Part shown: in pieces, positions 47,065 to 59,817 of the stretch
Layout: each line of letters starts with the position of its first letter
Numbering within the stretch: position 1 is the first letter of the stretch
From: Phoronis australis
Lineage: Eukaryota; Animalia; Phoronida
Direction of reading: 5' to 3'
DNA: 59,817 nt
Assembly (NCBI GenBank): GCA_002633005.1
Contig: NMRA01001021.1
Coordinates: forward strand, 9,367 to 69,183
Translations under genes and position numbers: made by a program
Notes under the pieces: model-generated
What the model saw: only the letters and a program-made list of their open reading frames with translations
What the model was told of the DNA's origin: nothing
Database searches by the model: none

Positions 47065-48745
47065 CTGTTCTTTCTTCTAATACCATTCACGGTGTCCTGC
47101 TCCAGCGAGATCGCAACAAATTCGCGGTCAAAACACAAAAATGTTCCCAAAAAGCCCACACATCGAGCCTCCTTGGACGGTTCTAGGTCAAGAACAGTAC
47201 GGAACTAGAAAGATTATTGTCACGGCGTGACAATAATGGACTCTGCGCGTGCGTATTACTGGAATTATTTTGTCAAGTTACTGACAGCAACCCCTTTACC
47301 AATATGAAAATTAATTCGTTAAAATTGTAAGAGAAATTAGATGTTAATATTTTGATGAACTTTCCAATAATTGACCTCTTCCGGTGCAGTATGAGCCAAG
47401 ATGACAGAATAATTGTNNNNNNNNNNNNNNNNNNNNNNNNNNNNNNNNNNNNNNNNNNNNNNNNNNNNNNNNNNNNNNNNNNNNNNNNNNNNNNNNNNNN
47501 NNNNNNNNNNNNNNNNNNNNNNNNNNNNNNNNNNNNNNNNNNNNNNNNNNNNNNNNNNNNNNNNNNNNNNNNNNNNNNNNNNNNNNNNNNNNNNNNNNNN
47601 NNNNNNNNNNNNNNNNNNNNNNNNNNNNNNNNNNNNNNNNNNNNNNNNNNNNNNNNNNNNNNNNNNNNNNNNNNNNNNNNNNNNNNNNNNNNNNNNNNNN
47701 NNNNNNNNNNNNNNNNNNNNNNNNNNNNNNNNNNNNNNNNNNNNNNNNNNNNNNNNNNNNNNNNNNNNNNNNNNNNNNNNNNNNNNNNNNNNNNNNNNNN
47801 NNNNNNNNCTAGTGTGCTGAAATTGAAAAAAATTCCTTGAAAAGCGTAAGAGATATAACATTTTGAACGTTACATGACCTTTGCACTAATTGACCTTCTC
47901 CGGTGCATTTCAAGCATCTTTAGGAGAATTATTGCAAAGCCCATGAAAAATGTGTTTAACGCTGGGAATCACAGTTGTCTAACGGTTGACACATCAGAAT
48001 ACTTGCTGATTGAAAAGGTTAAATTTTCAGAAGAAAAATGCACCTAATGACCCCATGTTTGCACTAAATGACCTGAAACTTTGGATTCCGATTTAATTTA
48101 CCTGTGGCAATCAGACCTGTCAATTTGAAGTGTCTAGCTTAAAATTTTAGTTTGCACCTAATGACCTTTGACCTATTTCACCTGATTGGATGACCCGATT
48201 ACTTAGAAAAGTATTTTTTTAAATTGTCATGTTGACTTATACCTGTGTACCGAATTTGAAAAAGATAGCTTTAAAACTGAAGGAGGAGTAGCATTTTGAA
48301 AATTATATGACCTTTGCACCAAACGACCTCTTCCGGTGCAATATGGAATATGATTATATAACTAATCAAAATTTATATACTGTCAAAAGTCATATGCCGA
48401 ATTTAAAGACCGTACCTGCACCCAATTTGGAGTTATTAAGCCTCAAAGTTGATCGGAAGAAGAAGAAGAAAATTGAAGAAAACCCAGGAACAACAGGACT
48501 CTGCGCTTACACGCGCAGAGTAATTATCCGATGAGTTAAGGATGGACGGCAATTGCCGGCTTCTCACGGAAGGTTACGAAATGTTATGGCTATTATTGCT
48601 AATGGTGAAACCTTGTTTTGTGTAACTTTATTGAGTTTTGTGTTTGATATGGACGGCTGAAATGAAGCACTGGTCGGGAGTGCCATACCTTGTAGTATTA
48701 TATAGTGTATTGGGGACGATCGGAAGCTTAGGACGCCTGCCTGTG
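47065..48745. mobile_element. Older, partial relative of the 2266-2933 foldback MITE, split by a HINE insertion
   Basis: 47065-47202 matches the left arm; 48523-48745 matches the spacer and right arm (..GGGGACGATCGGAAGCTTAGGACGCCTG). Confidence 0.8.
47203..48522 (+). mobile_element. HINE/DINE-1-like element spanning a gap
   Basis: AACTAG start; hairpin ATTATTGTCAC-GGC-GTGACAATAAT; GGACTCTGCGC repeated at both ends with 3' hairpin ACTCTGCGC..GCGCAGAGT; internal TGACC repeats; (GAA)n near the end; inserted at AA. Confidence 0.8.
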
Positions 48746-50120
48746 CTTAGTTTTAGCTCCAAGCCATGCTTCCAAATGGCAAGTAAACCAATCCCGAATC
48801 TCTGGCCGATTCGAACTTTGAGGATAGCTACTTTCACAGTGGCACACCTTCTAAAATATGTATGTATAGTAAAGCTCTTGTGTTTAAAAGGCCAAGAGCA
48901 CTCCAAATATATTCTGTTTTGTACTGCTATTGCATTGGTTTTCAAATACAGGTACCAAACTCCATTCCCATTGAAAATATTTCCAAATATTTTTCACAGA
49001 TAAAAATGGAGGTGAATGGGAGAGTTCTTTAACGGTAATCTCATATTTTCGAATGCCTTTGGAGCTATTACTGAAGTTTCATTATTTGCATTTTCTCGTG
49101 AAAGAAGCGTGGCGATAGTGAAGAAGATAGATTTTTTATACTTTAACAGTGTGTGTTGATTTTTTCTTTTCACGTTATTTTGTTGACTCGCAAAGTCCAC
49201 GTTCCCTGCAAGCTTCGACCTTGTCAATCTCTAAAGCCAATTTGTGAACCCGTGAACATGATGGTACTTCTGAACCCAAATTGAACACAGGCCATTTGAA
49301 GTAGATACCCTCATAAATAGGAGGTGCGGCCATTGATGCACCTAATTAGGGAAATTTGAAGCCTGATGGTATCTGAAAAAAGGCAGCAAGAACTCGATAA
49401 GGACGGTGTCTTGGGAGCGCTTAGTGTTTCTTTTTAAAGTTTGTAATGCACCCTAGTCTCATGTCACTAGATTACAATGTACATGCAACTGTCTTGATTG
49501 CTCACGCTAGGACGTGGAACCGGTCTCAAAACTGAATAGCTTCTTTCAAAGACCTTTTTTGTTTTGGTTCAAACCCTTAAGGGTATCCTAAAAAAAGGTT
49601 CAAACTGGGCTAACTTCGGACCACCACATCTCAGACATTACCCAATGGGAAAATATGAAACTTTAATAGTATGTTCTATGCACTGTTCTCTAAAGCTGTA
49701 AGGAATTGGTTTGAATTGGTCATTTTTTAGATGACAAGCTCCAAGAATAAGACGTTTAACGTGCACGAAACGAAAACGAAAACTGTGACAGCGTTGCTTA
49801 TATTCCATGACGAACAGCGATATAAGACGAAATTTGTCCTGTTATTAATATATTTTTAACCATAAACTTCATCAATATGACTTGGCCTCGTAAGCCACTA
49901 AGCGTCTGATTGTTAGTCAAAATCGAATTTGGCAGGCTTTCTGCTTTCATGTTTTATGTACATTTCTTGAGTTAACTTCTGCCGTCTTTCTATGTTTTCG
50001 GAATGCTCAGACTTGAACTCCAAAAAATTGAACCAAATCTAATCATATTTTCTTTGACTTCTGCAAGCTTCAGTTAACTGTCATTTTTTTTTCTTACCAT
50101 TGAATCAAATTTGATCTCAC

Positions 50121-50225
50121 CTGGTTGTCACTTCGCCGATGCAGTTCGCCGGCAGAGACTAGGAGCAGCACCCCTGCTACAACAACAACCAATTGGAACC
50201 AACGAGCTTGCGTGACTGCGAACAT
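50121..50225 (-). CDS. Signal-peptide exon (putative exon 1 of the MAM gene)
   Basis: MFAVTQARWFQLVVVVAGVLLLVSA-GELHRRSDNQ followed by CAG|GTGAG donor. Confidence 0.65.
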
Positions 50226-51361
50226 CGTTTGAGTTATGGTGCGCTAGACGTTTTGGCTACGGCTTAAATAGACATAACAATGTAGGTGAGTGCAATAATT
50301 AAGAGGATCAGGCAGCTGGCTCATACTGACACATGTCTTTATAATATGGTGTCAGATGATGATTGATCACTTGCAAAGCTTACGTCACGTTGTCAAAATG
50401 TGTCTGTTGTCGCAGCTCACGTCAGCAATTTCTCACTATACTTTTTGCCAGGGAAGTGTCTGTGGGCGCAATCTCTCATGTTTACAGCCAATGACGAATC
50501 TCCTGTTGAGGCATGTAGTGTGACACTCGAAACATGCTGCAGAATAAGGTCGCTTGGTTGTTTCATGTCTAGGTAGTCCTGTGCAGGCGCAAGTTGTTAC
50601 AACATCCTAAATTGCCACACCTTCAAAACTGTGAAAATTTGGGTTACTATTGTTGACCCAAGTTATCACAATATGCTGAAATTGTCACAAGTCAATTTTT
50701 CCGTGCGTACCATAGTACAGGCCCAAATCTCTCACAATAACGTAAGATGTGTCAAAGGAATATTTTAGATGCACAACCGCTAGATTCAAGCAATTAGAGT
50801 GTACATGCAAAGATTGGATTTTTGTATTACATATTTGGATCATACTCCCTAGGAGAATTATAATCTGAGCGACCAGCAAAATAGCGCATTATATTATCAT
50901 AATTAAAAGGCACCGGTTTGGGTTCAGTAGTCCGAAACTGGTTTCAATATTATGTACAGTGCGATACTTCGAAACAGGCCCCAAACTTTTCTATTCGCTA
51001 ATATTTTTTCTACTTGAGTTAGGGACCCAAAAATTTGCATAAATCTTCACAATCCTATTGACGCGTACACCCAAGTTATTGCTCAATGCTGTTGATCAGT
51101 TGCTGTGTCGATTGCGCGCTCGACAGGTGTATTTGCATCATCATAGCTGCGCGTTTTTCAGTTTGGAAAGGCTCATTGAGTTGTGCTGAGATGCTGATAG
51201 GGGACATTTCAAGCACCTACATAAAAGTGCTTGATTTGATCGTTGTAAGACTTTTTTCTCAATTATATCTTTGTCAGCTCAAAAACTGCATCTATTACAA
51301 ACATTACTTCATACCTCATTGGACTAAATTCGCGGGCACGCTGTCTAAATCGCTAGCATTA

Positions 51362-53625
51362 TAGTCGGTGGGCCAGATCTCATAGCGTTCATCCTTGTGA
51401 GTACTTTGGGGGGGCAACCTAGTTTTTTCTATGTGGCTAGATAATATACCTATAAATCAAGTTCCAAAAAGTTCCCACGTCTACACTTGCACATTTTTTT
51501 AAAAAAAGGTGTTTTTGTTGCACAAAATATGGTGCACATTCCTGCCACTTGATGGCGCTTTTCTATTGAATTGACCAATCAGAGAGCCAGATTGTATTGT
51601 TGTGCTTAGTTACTTCAATATGGCTGCTCCCATGGAGTGTGATGCCTGTATAATTCAAGGTTTATCAAACAGCACAAAATTGTGATGTCAGAACCTAAAG
51701 AAGCTTAGGAAAGCTTCCTGACGAAAGCTGATTGACTGTGGAACTATGTAGATCAGTAGATCAAAAAGAAGAAGAGGTGTCACAAACGTTTGTGCAGAAA
51801 ACAGCTGCATGTCCTGGTACTGGTAGCCTACAGTGTGCCTACACAGTATACTGCTGAGTGCTGTAGACTAGAAGACCAAGTGTCAGACCAAAAAATTGAA
51901 AGGACATAGAACGGCATAGCAACGTTTCAAGGCACCAACAGTAGTACTAAAGCTGAAGTTGCTGAAAGTGATACAGATGTTATCCAAGATTTCCCAAGAA
52001 AATCAATTATACTTCCAAAATCTGAAACACCTAATTAACCTGAACAAGATGGGAACATTCTGAAACATGAGTGCATCATTTGTTAGCAGGAAAAGTACAT
52101 TATGGGCCACATTTCAAGAAAGAGAAAGAAGTATAGCTTTCAAAAACAGGTACGTGTTTTTTAAAAATACATCTTGGTGTTTTCCATGTGTGTTTCAGTA
52201 TTATCACCAGTTGTTTTTTAACTTGTTCAGCCCTTTGGCTGCCAAGGCCTTAGACAATACTGCTGACCCACTAGAGACGATGATCATACCATAGGTACTT
52301 CATATGCCAGATACTTTTCGGCAAATTATGTTCCTATAAGTTTAGAAGTACCGCGTAGAGAGATGCCTCTGAGGAGGTCGTTAAGGTTTTCATTTGTTCC
52401 CAGTTTAAACAAATACTCCTGCATTCCTGTTTTTCGAATACTCCATTCAGTTGCCACATCGACACTGCTTGCGCCAAGGGATAATCCTATGGCGTTATAC
52501 TGTGGGTGTGATTTTAAAGCACTTTAAGTCAAAAATTTTTGAGAAGGTTAAATGGAGTAGATGGTTGCAAACAACGTATGCCCAAGTGGCCGTCATCCCC
52601 TGCCGTAGTCTCAATTTTTTGTAAACATTAATTGCTTAGGTAGCTGCAATGATAATTAAATTAAAGTGCCTAAGTGGCCATCGTCGCCGTCGAAATTTGA
52701 GGACGATGGAAGCCACTGTCCATTTCATCAAACGTCGATTACCTTAAGTGTAAATCGATTGACTATGGTTTGAGCATCTGATTTAAAAAAATTAAATTTC
52801 AATCACTGCACAGGTATATCAGCTGATTTATTTTCAGTTGCATCTACTGATCTAATTATTAGACGATCAACATTATTAGGCTACAGATCAGACAGCATGT
52901 AAATTTGTTAGGCTGGTGGTGGATCAGTTCCTGATAATAAGTCCATCTGAAAAAGTTGCATGCCAACTCACTCATAGTTGAATGTTAAATTAGTGTTAAC
53001 AGTTCGGTTTTTTTCAGTTGGACTTGTATCGCAAGCAACAGCTCAGTCCAGAGCCCTGAATATGCAAATGAAATTCAAAGATAAAGACCTTGTGTCTTAG
53101 AAGCCAAGTACCACAGATAATCATGCTATAAAAAATAGAAAGACAACGATTGTGAAGAGTGACGAATTCACAGTTTTCAGAGATGTTTTTCTATAGTTTT
53201 GTGCGGAGTTCATTGAATTGAAGCTTCTAACACAAGGAGATGTCATTTGCCTTTCAATACTAAAGCAAGACTTTGAAGCTGTTCTTCAGAAAGCTGGTGT
53301 GCATGAAGTTATTTGGACAGGCAATCTTAAGAAATATTGTTGAAGCTACTCACTGTTGTAATTTGTGCCTGACTAAGAGATANGTTTTACAAAAAAGTCA
53401 CCATAACTGTTGTTTTTACAAATATAAGTTTACTAAGCTCTTTGGTGATTATTAGGTAAATTCTAACTCAAATTTCTCAAAAATGTGCAACTTTATATGT
53501 GGGAACTTTTTAGATTTTGAAAACACTCTACTAGATGTATTAAAAAACACCAAAATAAAATTGCCCCCCTAAAGTACTCACAAAAACCATTTTCTAGAGC
53601 CCTACAAAATCTGGCCCACCTACTA
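51362..53625 (+). mobile_element. Non-autonomous Academ element
   Basis: TIRs TAGTCGGTGGGCCAGAT..GTGAGTACTTT.GGGGGGCAA / TTGCCCCCCTAAAGTACTCAC..ATCTGGCCCACCTACTA; 3-bp TSD TTA; frameshifted KDLV..EAKYH motif at ~53085. Confidence 0.85.
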
Positions 53626-53851
53626 TTAGAAAACCTCCAACTTTAAGTTCAAAACATAAGCTTCACTGTCAGCCAAGTTTTGAAGTTCCTGCCTCTATTG
53701 GAAAATATTAGCAAATGCTTGGGTCCTGTTTCGGGACACTCACCCTGCATATATATCTCTCTATTTCAGGGGCGGCGCAGCACTGAAAAAAGTGGGGGGC
53801 GAAAGCCCCCTCAATCCCCTGTGGTGCATCGCCTGTAGACCATGTGCGGCG

Positions 53852-56630
53852 CAGTGGCGGATCTAGGATATCACAAGGGGGGCCCAACTTTTTGTCCGGC
53901 TGTAAGCATTTGCGCAAACTGAACCACGATAGATGCGCATAGCACCGAAGTGGGGGAAGGTCCAAGCAATTTTTCTGTTTTTACCTCTAAAAATCAAGCA
54001 TTTTCCTTGATTCCTGAAGACAAAAGAGGCGAAAAAGAAAAAAAAATCAGAGAACGTGTCGAACAGTAAAAACTGCAAGCACCTAAGACTCGAACTCACG
54101 CCCTGGCGGATAGAGCGCGCGTGCGTTACCACTACACCACCACAACTTAACGTCGAGTAGCTTTAAAAGAGACCTACTTATTTATGGTCCACAGCGTTTG
54201 CGCGCGAAACCTACTTCTTTTTGTAATGCTTATTACACGTTTTATGTTTTGTGCCATCAATTCTTAACAAATTTGTCGTATTTAAAATAGTCTTCAAAGA
54301 CCAAATCCGTTTTTCGTGTTGGCAATAATGACGGGATTGCTTTGGAAATCGTCTTAAAGGAGAATGCCACCCGATTTAATTAGTCTTTTTTGCCGTCTTA
54401 ATCGGTCTATATCCACATCGCCTCGCATTCGGTCGACCTTACCTTGCCAAGAGGTGTCGCGTTAACCTGTGAGAAAGGTGAGAAACGACGCTAGCGACGT
54501 CAGTGGTTCATATGCAGAGTGAATGCCGCTATGTTGCGGTGCATCGTTCCTGCTTGTCCGAACTAAACAGCTGCGAGGAAAGAGGGTATATCGTTTTTTT
54601 TACTTCCTCGAGAGTCCGAAATGTTTAGGAAGTGGCTCATGGTAGTGAAGAATGAAATGTACGCTGTAAATAGCAAGTATGAGGCCGTGAAACATCTCCG
54701 TGTCTGCGGCCTGCAGACGTCGACAGTGCCTGACGAATGCCGGCTTACCAAATAACTCCATACGTTCCGTTGTCTGAGCTTGTTCACGGCGCCTCTCTAG
54801 TATTTCTTCGTCACTGTATTCCTGTTCGAATTGATAGCCTGTAAAACTTAACGATCACCTGCGAAGTCGGGACTCATGAGCTCTAGCTCGTCCTAAGACG
54901 GGATTTCGAGTTGCCATCGTTGGCGTTTATTGCTGAGCGTTCTGTTTCAAAATGAATTATTCTCACCCTAACCAATACTTATATAAAACTGAAACAAAGT
55001 CTGTCTCATTAGATGCAATTTGTAATGCCTTTGGAATGTTCGTGAGTGCAAATGATTTGAGAAGCCAGCAATGAATAAATCACTGCGTTACCCGGTCGAC
55101 TTTAGGTGCAATAAAACTAATTGAAGGGACACCTAGGCCGTGTGAGCACATGCTAATTTAGTGTTTGCTGGCAGAAACTGTTGTGATACAACTCGATTTC
55201 CATCTCACGGCCAGGTGCTAGGGGAATCTTTATTTACATTTACATTACTCAAATAATGATTGTCAATGTACAACTTCTGCCCTGACGGTGCTGTGGCCAA
55301 CTGAAAGCGGAACCTGAATTCGCGGCCCCCGACGAGTAAGTAGATTTGCAGTTTCGTGGCTAATTCACCAACATACTCAGGTGCACATTACTTTGGCTCA
55401 CTATTATAGTATTTTCTTGACTGGAAGTTTAGTTTCCACTGAACTTTGGCTGGTTTATGTTCGTGATGTCTGATCAGTTTCCGAGCCACTGGCGGGGATA
55501 ACTAGGCAATCCAGCCGGCCGCGACGGGCAAGCGTTTTGTGTTTAGAGCTCAAAAAATCACAAGTCTAAACAACACAGATCTAGGTTCTCCTGTCTGTAT
55601 CTCAAGGAAAATACTTCGAAATTATCTCCGAACAGACCCAAACTCCTGCTACGGACTTATTGGCCTGCCGAACTTTGTAGGCTACGGTGAGTCCAAATAC
55701 CAATAAATCCGTAAGAGCGAAATAAAACAACACGTTTTTATAAGAACTCTGTGTATTTTTAAGGGTTTTACATCGAAGTTTGATGATTTATTGGTGTTAA
55801 ACGATGGATAAGCCGACACCAGTAACCCGTAATGTGAACTGCTGAACAGACTGCGTGTGAAACCGATTACGTCACTGGATAATTTCAACACTTCCGTCTG
55901 CCGTCAGGTGTCAGGTAACGCAACCGTACGTGTCGTTATGGAGTAGAACTATTCGATCTAAAGTGATACAAATTAGGTTGTTTTTTTGGGTGGCATGCTC
56001 CTTTAAGATAAGATTTGACAAAGAGAGTATTGCGAGTTTCTGAGTGATTCACTAAGGCTTCGATTAAAATTCACATCTTACCAGCAGCTTCTGTTTTTTC
56101 ATCGTCACTCAGGTTCCATTTTCTTTAAAAAATGAAGTAAATTTTCTTCACTGCACAGTGGAGCAGACGACGGAAACGGATTCGTAGTGCGCAGCGCCAC
56201 TGCCGGTCGCCTGGGATATCGCGGGAGAGCATATACTTAGCCATAGTTCCGTTACGAATGCGCCGTGTTCCGAATTTGACACTTGAAATTGGATTTGAGT
56301 CCCCCCCCAACACTATAACTGCACACATTTAAATATTTTTTCATCCGTATAATTTTAATTACCGGGGTTAATTATTAAACTCAATATTTCCCTACGCTCT
56401 TACTGTTTTATTTTTTGCGGCAGCCAAGGGGGGCCCTTCCCCCCCCCTATGCGGCGTAGCACTGAAAAAAGTGGNCCCCAACACTATAACTGCACACATT
56501 TAAATCTTTTTTCATCCGTATAATTTTAATTACCGGGGTTAATTATTAAACTCAATATTTCCCTACGCTCTTACTGTTTTATTTTTTGCGGCAGCCAAGG
56601 GGGGCCCTTTCCCCCCTAAATCCGCCTATG
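53852..56630 (-). mobile_element. Family A element split by a Kolobok insertion
   Basis: CAGTGGCGGATCTAG ... AAATCCGCCTATG; 5-bp TSD CGGCG; itself sits inside a short CGGCGYAGCACTGAAAAAAGTGGGG repeat (free copy at 53767-53835). Confidence 0.85.
54358..56002 (+). mobile_element. Kolobok DNA transposon, internally deleted, with THAP remnant
   Basis: TTAA TSD (54354-54357, 56003-56006); TIR AGGAGAATGCCACCC / GGGTGGCATGCTCCT; THAP MLRCIVPACPN*..SFFLLPRE..RKW..RVCG at 54531-54720. Confidence 0.9.
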
Positions 56631-57020
56631 CGGCGTAGCACTGAAAAAAGTGGGGCTATAGCCCCCCCACCCCAGCCCCTATGGTGCGCTGCCCTTTATG
56701 CATGAATAGGGCTTGCTGTCAATAAAACTTGTTGAATTAAACTTCACTTTTCACTTCAAGGATTATCCATTCTGTGTAACCGCGACGGACAGGGGGATAT
56801 TACGAAGTTACCTTAAATTCCCTTATATAAGCAACTGGATTCATAGGAGAAGTAATGCAATTTTGGGGACCTACGAAATGTAACATTCCGAATATATGGT
56901 CATGACATTATAAACTAACATTTCCAACATAAAGTGTACCGGAAATTTAATTATATGCGCCATTGACGGTTTTTGGGACATCTTAGTGAAATATGACTGA
57001 CAGCCACAGGCCAAAAATAG

Positions 57021-57854
57021 GGATTCTTCTGAAAACCCCTCGATCCCCACACCCCTCGACAACCTCAACCCACGACCCCCTCAACCCACGACCCCCTCGA
57101 CCCACGACCTGTGGCAGTAGAGGTATCATTGCGCTATTTACACATATTTCATAATCTTATTACGTCGCTGGGTGGCTTTACCATTAGACATACCAACACG
57201 CGAGTGGGCTTTGGATGAAGTCTGGTGATTAAAAAGAGAAAGTGGCGTGAGAACGCCGAATAGCGCATGAGCGCGCTATCGTTGTCACAGGAATAGTTCC
57301 ACGAGCAGCTATCAATGGCCCAGTTCTAATAAACTTAGGGAGAGAGTACGTTAACGTGAATGTACATAATTTCACATCTTTATTATTTGCTTTATATTGT
57401 ATACTCGTTTACAATATACTCCATATATCGTTGAAATCGTTTTAGTCAACAGTTCGTTTTTTTTCAAACTGTATTTACTGGTTAAATTTCAGTTTTGTCG
57501 GTTCCTCGCACTTTGCAATTCACTGAAGACGAGACGATTACACTCTGCCGGGAACGAAATTAGGTTGGTACATGTAGGTCTTTGGTTTGGTTTGGCCGCG
57601 TTGTTTTTTTTTCTGTTTTTGGCTTTCAAACTTGCCGGATCGACTACATCAATTGCAAAAAACAGGGAAAAGCCAGCCAAAGCTTACGGCCCCAGCAACT
57701 CATTGGTCCTACAAGTCAGCGCTTGTGTATGGGTCGCCAGGAGGTTGTGGGTCGTGGGGGTCGATGGTCGTGGGGGTTTTGGGTCGTAGGGATCATAGGT
57801 CGAGGGGTGTGGGGGTCGAGGGGTGTGGGGGTCGAGGGGATTTCAGAACAATCC
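57021..57854. mobile_element. Second copy of the MULE-like MITE
   Basis: TIR GGATTCTTCTGAAA / TTTCAGAACAATCC; 9-bp TSD CAAAAAT(A/G)G; interior aligns to 45573-46322. Confidence 0.85.
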
Positions 57855-59817
57855 CAAAAATGGACCTTGGTTGCTTTTTCATAATGACTCTTATGCGACA
57901 TTCTGAACATGTCTGAAAGAGTGTTTTGCTTGGATGATTTTATCAGTGGACACAATAAAGGACCACGCGGAACTTCCATGTATTTCAGAAATCGTACAAA
58001 TGTTTGACATGGTACAGTTGCAATTTCTCCAGGGTATTGTAGGGCGGTATTCCCTTCTCATGGGCGTTCATTCCCTGCTCGCGCCCAAATTTTTATCTCG
58101 CGCGGATATATTTCTTTACTCGGACGCAGATTTTCCACCGCATATCATTCCGTGCAAGGCGAACAGGGGTGCGCAACCGTGGAATATGTTTCCGTAACAC
58201 AGGAATAACGTCCGCGTTTGAGAAAAATTTTGTGCGGGGGCAAAAACTTTCCGTCACCGGGAGCGAGAACTTTCCACTGCCGCGAGTTACGTTGTTGTAA
58301 CACTTTGGGCCATAGTTACATTTTGAGCTTGTACAATATTATAGACCCACATTGACACACTCAAAACTGATAGTTGTGGCAATTTGGGTAAAATTTGGGC
58401 CTACATCGCTGACATGAGTTGTCGCAAATTTGAAGTTGTGACAATTTGGGGCGTTATGACATTTTAGGCCTGCACGTTTTGGTGGTTTGTAATGTTGATA
58501 TTTGAGCGTTTTTAAATGTGCTAAGAAAGGTATTTTGTTAATAATTACCTTATCAAGCACTGCAGGTACGGTATTTTGATGTTTCCTCATGTTTCTATGC
58601 TCCTTGAGTTTAATGATGTTGGGTATGACGAGAACTGATATCAATTGAGCAAAATTCTTCTTGTTCTAATATCTGTGGTATCATATTACACAGGGTGTCC
58701 TGTCCCGTAGGGGCAGGGGTGTCACCAATTACAACATTTCCAGAAGTGAATTATTTATTGTAAGCTGTATGGTGAAAACTGAAAGAAAACAATGAACAGT
58801 GTCAGTATGCTATACCATTTACAAGGCATAAAACCGCGCGAAAGAGGAAGATAAAACAAACCCCGCACAAGACAAAGACTAAGTCCAAAGAAATACAGGG
58901 GAGATAATTTCTAAAGAGACCGAGCTACACCAAAGGAATATCTAGAAATATCTGGAGAACAGGTATAGCAAATACTGTAAGAATAATTCTGCGAATTCCC
59001 GAATCTAAATAAACAGCAATGAAAGTTAAATACTCTGAAACTAATAGTGAAATGCACCACAACGACGCGTCTCGCAAAAACAGTAACAAACAATGGCAGA
59101 TCGAAAGGACTGCAAATAAACCTACAGTACGGAAATTACGAGAACACTAAGACAAATACCTACAAGAACGGAAGGGAATGTGACTAAATAACGAACTACT
59201 TACAACTATCCTTTCAAACAAGGCCAAATTCTGAGAATAACTACGTAAATAACTCCAATAACTGTGCCGAGCATGCGGCGTCCATAATGGCAATCTAAAA
59301 AGCGATATCTAGCGACATACTTAAAAACTAGTCCAGGAAGGGAGAGAGAGGCAGAATGAACCTACGTGACACGACATGCCTAATTTCTTACCATTTTAGC
59401 ACACTTTGTGGCTCTGCTACAGTTAGCACTGCCATAATCGTATTTCTTAATTCCGCCACAGTATGCATACTTGGAAGTTAGTTTTGCTAAGTGTTTTTCC
59501 AAATTAAGCCACAACAGTTGGTCATCATTAAATGCCTCAGATTCCTCGACGCCTCAGAATCCTCGACGCCATGGACATTTCCGTCAACACAAAACGCACC
59601 CTTGCCATTCTTAAAAAATCGTTTATACAGTGTATGTGCTATAATTGCTTCGAAGGACCGGCAGTAACCGTGGCTGGAATGTCGGCAGCTTCGCGACTAA
59701 GTCTACAGCAAACTACTGTTGAAATTCTCCATACTTCAAAATTCTTGTTTGCAGGTGCTGATAATTGCCTTCAGTGGTTTTCATAATAAGAGACTAGAAA
59801 GCACACACGCCCACTGG

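Noticed and set aside
56305-56653. Tandem duplication of the family A terminus
   Set aside because: The two copies are separated by a single N (56475), typical of a contig-overlap artifact
57523-57570. CTGAAGA...GAAA second hammerhead candidate
   Set aside because: No convincing stems, and not preserved in the sister copy at ~46073
57397-57979. Overlapping Gly/Val/Pro-rich ORFs
   Set aside because: They arise from the MULE-like MITE's subterminal repeats

Overview
AT-rich, repeat-dense metazoan (invertebrate, lophotrochozoan-like) genomic scaffold with three N-gaps (9552-10301, 29287-30175, 47417-47808). Host genes: two tandemly duplicated TRIM/RBCC E3 ligase genes with a single coding exon each (7380-8711 and 27024-28499, +), lying in a segmental duplication about 20 kb apart, and a minus-strand six-exon gene for a small secreted single-MAM-domain protein (50225 to 37734) that the ORF track mostly misses. 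The rest is nested, mostly decayed transposable elements. Retroelements: a Gypsy LTR remnant, a HERO-like RLE non-LTR element, a CR1/L2 fragment and a Penelope fragment with a hammerhead-like motif. DNA elements: Academ, Kolobok/THAP, MULE-like, P-like foldback and TA-TSD MITEs, a ~1 kb CA..TG family with 5-bp TSDs carrying a tRNA-like Pol III box, and two Helentron-associated (HINE-like) satellite carriers. The most unusual item is a spliced C2H2 zinc-finger gene whose start codon lies inside the 3' end of TRIM copy 1 and which converges on a transposase-like gene. This suggests a two-gene mobile element that replaced the TRIM C-terminal tail. All family assignments come from motif recognition by eye; no searches were run.
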